NCBI RefSeq assembly: GCF_000011805.1
Contig: NC_006840.2
Source: Aliivibrio fischeri ES114
GTDB taxonomy: Bacteria; Pseudomonadota; Gammaproteobacteria; Enterobacterales; Vibrionaceae
Reading direction: 5' to 3' (one strand)
Length of the DNA: 32,000 nucleotides
The notes under the pieces were generated by a model, which ran no database searches, had not been told where the DNA came from, and saw only the letters and a program-made list of their open reading frames with translations. Position 1 is the first letter of the stretch. Every line of letters starts with the position of its first letter. Both the position numbers and the translations under genes were made by a program. Below are positions 28,838 to 32,000 of this stretch, piece after piece.

Positions 28838-28972
28838 CTGATTTACACATTTATGTAACACTTTGTGGTTATTAATACGCTAATGAATATTAAGACTACA
28901 TAAATAAGGTGTTTACGCTCACTTAAAAGTATGGAAGTACTGTGTCATTCAGCCTGACACAAAGGAGTTCTC

Positions 28973-30562
28973 ATGATCACTGATGTAGTGGAGTTATCGC
29001 GTCTGCAATTTGCAATGACAGCGATGTATCACTTCCTATTCGTTCCTCTGACTCTAGGTATGGCCTTTTTATTGGCTATTATGGAGTCTTTATATGTAAT
29101 GACCGACAAACAAATCTACAAGGACATGACAAAGTTCTGGGGTAAATTGTTCGGTATTAACTTTGCACTAGGTGTAGCAACTGGTTTAACAATGGAATTC
29201 CAGTTTGGTACTAACTGGTCTTACTATTCACACTACGTTGGTGATATTTTCGGGGCTCCTCTTGCCATCGAAGCACTAATGGCTTTCTTCTTAGAATCTA
29301 CTTTTGTTGGTTTATTCTTCTTTGGTTGGGATCGTTTATCTAAACGTCAACACCTTGCAGTAACTTGGTTAGTTGCTTTAGGTTCAAACTTCTCAGCACT
29401 TTGGATTCTAGTAGCTAACGGCTGGATGCAAAACCCAGTAGGTGCAGAATTTAACTTTGAAACAATGCGTATGGAAATGGTGAGCTTCGCTGAAGTTGTA
29501 CTAAACCCAGTAGCACAAGTTAAATTTGTTCACACTGTAGCATCAGGTTACACATGTGGCGCAATGTTCGTACTAGGTATCAGTTCTTACTACCTACTAA
29601 AAGGCCGTGATATTGCATTTGCACGTCGTTCATTCGCAATCGCAGCTTCTTTTGGTATGGCATCAATCCTATCTGTAATGGTTCTTGGTGATGAGTCTGG
29701 CTATGAGCTAGGTGAAGTACAACAAGTTAAACTTGCTGCTATCGAAGCTGAATGGCATACAGAAGAAGCGCCTGCTGCGTTTACTGTGATTGGTTTACCA
29801 AATCAAGAATCTATGGAAACAGATTACGCAATTAAGATCCCATATGTAATGGGTATTATTGCAACTCGTTCTCTAGATAAGCAAGTGACTGGTTTACGTG
29901 ATCTTAAAGACCAACATGAACTTCGCATCCGAAACGGTATGGTTGCGTACGGTCTACTTGAGAAATTACGTAATGGTGAGAAAACACCTGAAAACATTGC
30001 TGCATTTGATGATGTAAAACATGACTTAGGTTATGGCTTACTTCTTAAGCGTTATACAGATAACGTAGTTGATGCAACAGAAGACCAAATTAAAGCGGCT
30101 GCGGATGATTCTATCCCAACTGTATGGCCATTGTTCTTCTCATTCCGAATCATGGTTGCGTGTGGCGTATTAATGCTTGGTATCTTTGCTTTTGCATTTG
30201 TTCAAACATGTCGTCAAAAAATCGAAGCGAAGCCTTGGTTACTTAAAGCTGCACTATTTGGTATGCCATTACCATGGATTGCGATTGAAGCAGGTTGGTT
30301 CGTAGCAGAATATGGTCGTCAACCATGGGCTGTTGGTGAGATCTTACCTGTAAACGTAGCGGCATCAGCACTAACTGCAACTGAAATTCTAATTTCAATG
30401 GCTGCAATTATTGGCTTGTACACGATTTTCTTGATTGCTGAAGTTTACCTAATGGTTAAATTTGCTCGTAAAGGTCCAAGTAGCTTGAAAACAGGCCGCT
30501 ACCACTTTGAGCAAAATGGTCAAGATTCAGAAGCGAAATTAACTCGCCAAGTAGAAGCATAA
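28973..30562 (+). CDS. cydA: Cytochrome bd-I ubiquinol oxidase subunit I
   Basis: 529 aa, collinear with and highly similar to E. coli CydA ([23 protein letters not shown], the Q-loop, [13 protein letters not shown]). Confidence 0.96.
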   Translation: MITDVVELSRLQFAMTAMYHFLFVPLTLGMAFLLAIMESLYVMTDKQIYKDMTKFWGKLFGINFALGVATGLTMEFQFGTNWSYYSHYVGDIFGAPLAIEALMAFFLESTFVGLFFFGWDRLSKRQHLAVTWLVALGSNFSALWILVANGWMQNPVGAEFNFETMRMEMVSFAEVVLNPVAQVKFVHTVASGYTCGAMFVLGISSYYLLKGRDIAFARRSFAIAASFGMASILSVMVLGDESGYELGEVQQVKLAAIEAEWHTEEAPAAFTVIGLPNQESMETDYAIKIPYVMGIIATRSLDKQVTGLRDLKDQHELRIRNGMVAYGLLEKLRNGEKTPENIAAFDDVKHDLGYGLLLKRYTDNVVDATEDQIKAAADDSIPTVWPLFFSFRIMVACGVLMLGIFAFAFVQTCRQKIEAKPWLLKAALFGMPLPWIAIEAGWFVAEYGRQPWAVGEILPVNVAASALTATEILISMAAIIGLYTIFLIAEVYLMVKFARKGPSSLKTGRYHFEQNGQDSEAKLTRQVEA

Positions 30563-30579
30563 AAACGGAGATTTGAGCA

Positions 30580-31716
30580 ATGTTTGATTACGAAGTATTG
30601 CGATTTGTTTGGTGGGCATTAATCGGTGTATTGCTGATTGGCTTCGCTGTAACAGATGGATTCGATATGGGTGTTGGTGCACTAGTACCTGTTATCGGTA
30701 AAACAGATTCAGAACGTCGAGTTATGATTAACTCAATTGCCCCTCACTGGGATGGTAACCAAGTATGGTTAATCACAGCAGGTGGTGCATTATTCGCAGC
30801 ATGGCCATTAGTATACGCAACATCATTCTCAGGTTTTTACCTAGCAATGATCGTAACGTTAGCAGCACTATGGTTCCGTCCTGTTGGATTTGATTACCGT
30901 TCTAAAATTGAAGATAAGCGCTGGCGTTCAGCGTGGGATGCAGCGATCTTTATTGGTAGCTTCGTTCCACCAGTTATCTTTGGTGTTGCGTTTGGTAACC
31001 TTTTACAAGGCGTACCATTCCAACTAGATAACCTAATGATGCCAACATACCATGGTTCATTCTTTGGTCTGTTAAACCCATTTGCACTAGTGTGTGGCCT
31101 AGTAAGTTCATTTATGTTCATTACTCAAGGCGCTACATGGCTACAAATGAAAACAACGGGTGAGTTGCACACTCGCGCACGAAATATTGCGATGATCTTT
31201 AGTGCTCTTGTGGTTGTTTTGTTTGTAATTGCTGGTATCTGGGCTCAAAGCATTGAAGGTTATGTGATTGTAGGTAGCTTAGATCACTTTGCTCCGTCAA
31301 ACCCATTAAATAAAGAAGTCGCTCGTGAAGTAGGTGCTTTGTTCCATAACTTCAACGAATACCCATTACTATGGATTGCTCCAGCATTAGCTGTGATCAT
31401 GCCTATCGTTACAATTATTGCATCTCGTGCAAATATTGGCGGTCTTGCGTTCTTAAGCTCAAGCTTAACGAACGCTGGTGTTATCTTAACTTCTGGTTTT
31501 GCGTTATTCCCATTCGTAATGCCATCGAGCTTGAACCCTAACCATAGCTTAACTATGTGGGATTCAACTTCAAGTGAGTTAACACTTACGCTAATGACAT
31601 ACGTTGCTATCGTAATGGTACCAATTATTCTTGCTTACACTATCTGGACGTACATTAAAATGTTTGGTCGTCTTGATAATAAATTCATTGAAGAGAACAA
31701 AACGTCTCTATACTAA
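30580..31716 (+). CDS. cydB: Cytochrome bd-I ubiquinol oxidase subunit II
   Basis: 378 aa. It begins MFDYEVLRFVWWALIGVLLIGFAVTDGFDMGVG and is polytopic. It sits directly after cydA. Confidence 0.95.
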   Translation: MFDYEVLRFVWWALIGVLLIGFAVTDGFDMGVGALVPVIGKTDSERRVMINSIAPHWDGNQVWLITAGGALFAAWPLVYATSFSGFYLAMIVTLAALWFRPVGFDYRSKIEDKRWRSAWDAAIFIGSFVPPVIFGVAFGNLLQGVPFQLDNLMMPTYHGSFFGLLNPFALVCGLVSSFMFITQGATWLQMKTTGELHTRARNIAMIFSALVVVLFVIAGIWAQSIEGYVIVGSLDHFAPSNPLNKEVAREVGALFHNFNEYPLLWIAPALAVIMPIVTIIASRANIGGLAFLSSSLTNAGVILTSGFALFPFVMPSSLNPNHSLTMWDSTSSELTLTLMTYVAIVMVPIILAYTIWTYIKMFGRLDNKFIEENKTSLY

Positions 31717-31728
31717 GGAGTATTTACT

Positions 31729-31836
31729 ATGTGGTATTTCGCATGGATTCTAGGTGTTCTACTTGCTTGTGCATTTGGTATCATCAATGCTCTTTGGTTA
31801 GAGCACTCAGAAATGATGGATAAAGACAGTGAGTAA
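31729..31836 (+). CDS. cydX: Cytochrome bd-I oxidase small subunit CydX
   Basis: Not in the ORF track because it is only 35 aa: MWYFAWILGVLLACAFGIINALWLEHSEMMDKDSE. The N-terminal MWYFAWILG..LLAC.FG matches E. coli CydX. An RBS (AAGGAG) lies 7 nt upstream. Confidence 0.85.
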   Translation: MWYFAWILGVLLACAFGIINALWLEHSEMMDKDSE

Positions 31837-32000
31837 TCTCGCTGACAAAATTGATAGCGTACAATCTCCAATCAACAATATCGTCATTCGTTTATTGTTG
31901 GTTGGTGTCGCAGTGTTTCATATGGCAATGCTAATGTGGGAACCGACAATATACGCTGAACGAATTGGTGGGTTTAGTGGGTTATTGGCTCCAGCTCTAA
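31829..32000 (+). CDS. ybgE: cyd operon protein YbgE-like small membrane protein, N-terminal part (runs off the window)
   Basis: The frame is open from GTG 31829, overlapping the cydX stop by 8 nt: VSNLADKIDSVQSPINNIVIRLLLVGVAVFHMAMLMWEPTIYAERIGGFSGLLAPAL... The position after cydX and the hydrophobic segment plus MWEP (compare E. coli FWDP) fit YbgE. The start codon is uncertain. Confidence 0.5.
   Translation, partial: MSNLADKIDSVQSPINNIVIRLLLVGVAVFHMAMLMWEPTIYAERIGGFSGLLAPAL

Overview
AT-rich gammaproteobacterial chromosome, clearly Vibrionaceae. The uvrB / qrr1 / luxO / luxU synteny, sodium-type motY and rnf operon fit an Aliivibrio- or Vibrio-like genome; species cannot be fixed from sequence alone. 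Almost everything is core housekeeping. In order: a partial Na+/H+-antiporter-family gene, rnt, motY, a small Cys-rich orphan, gloA, nth, rnfEGDCBA (minus strand), two tRNA-Asn genes, uvrB, the Qrr1 sRNA with its sigma54 promoter and LuxO operators, luxO-luxU, ybhK, a Moco riboswitch with moaA-moaC-moaD-moaE (no moaB), cmoB-cmoA, aspS, ruvC, an SOS box with ruvAB, and cydA-cydB-cydX-ybgE. I saw no CRISPR array, IS element, integrase, prophage or recognisable defence island. The best candidate for an uncharacterised system is the co-directional three-gene module at 18813-22169. It encodes a lipoprotein retropepsin-like protease, a cysteine-free transglutaminase-like/7TM membrane protein and a RimK-like ATP-grasp ligase. 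Its domain logic suggests a trans-envelope peptide-ligation/processing machine, and I know of no experimentally assigned function. Other points worth a second look are listed in the findings:
- a near-perfect 129/258-bp tandem array inside rnfC
- a 12-bp perfect palindrome forming the luxU/ybhK tail-to-tail overlap
- a hairpin that terminates both uvrB and qrr1
- an 11-bp inverted pair of DnaA boxes upstream of uvrB
- a (GTTACA)n microsatellite giving four in-frame stops after rnfE
All calls come from reading the sequence and the ORF translations; no database search was run.
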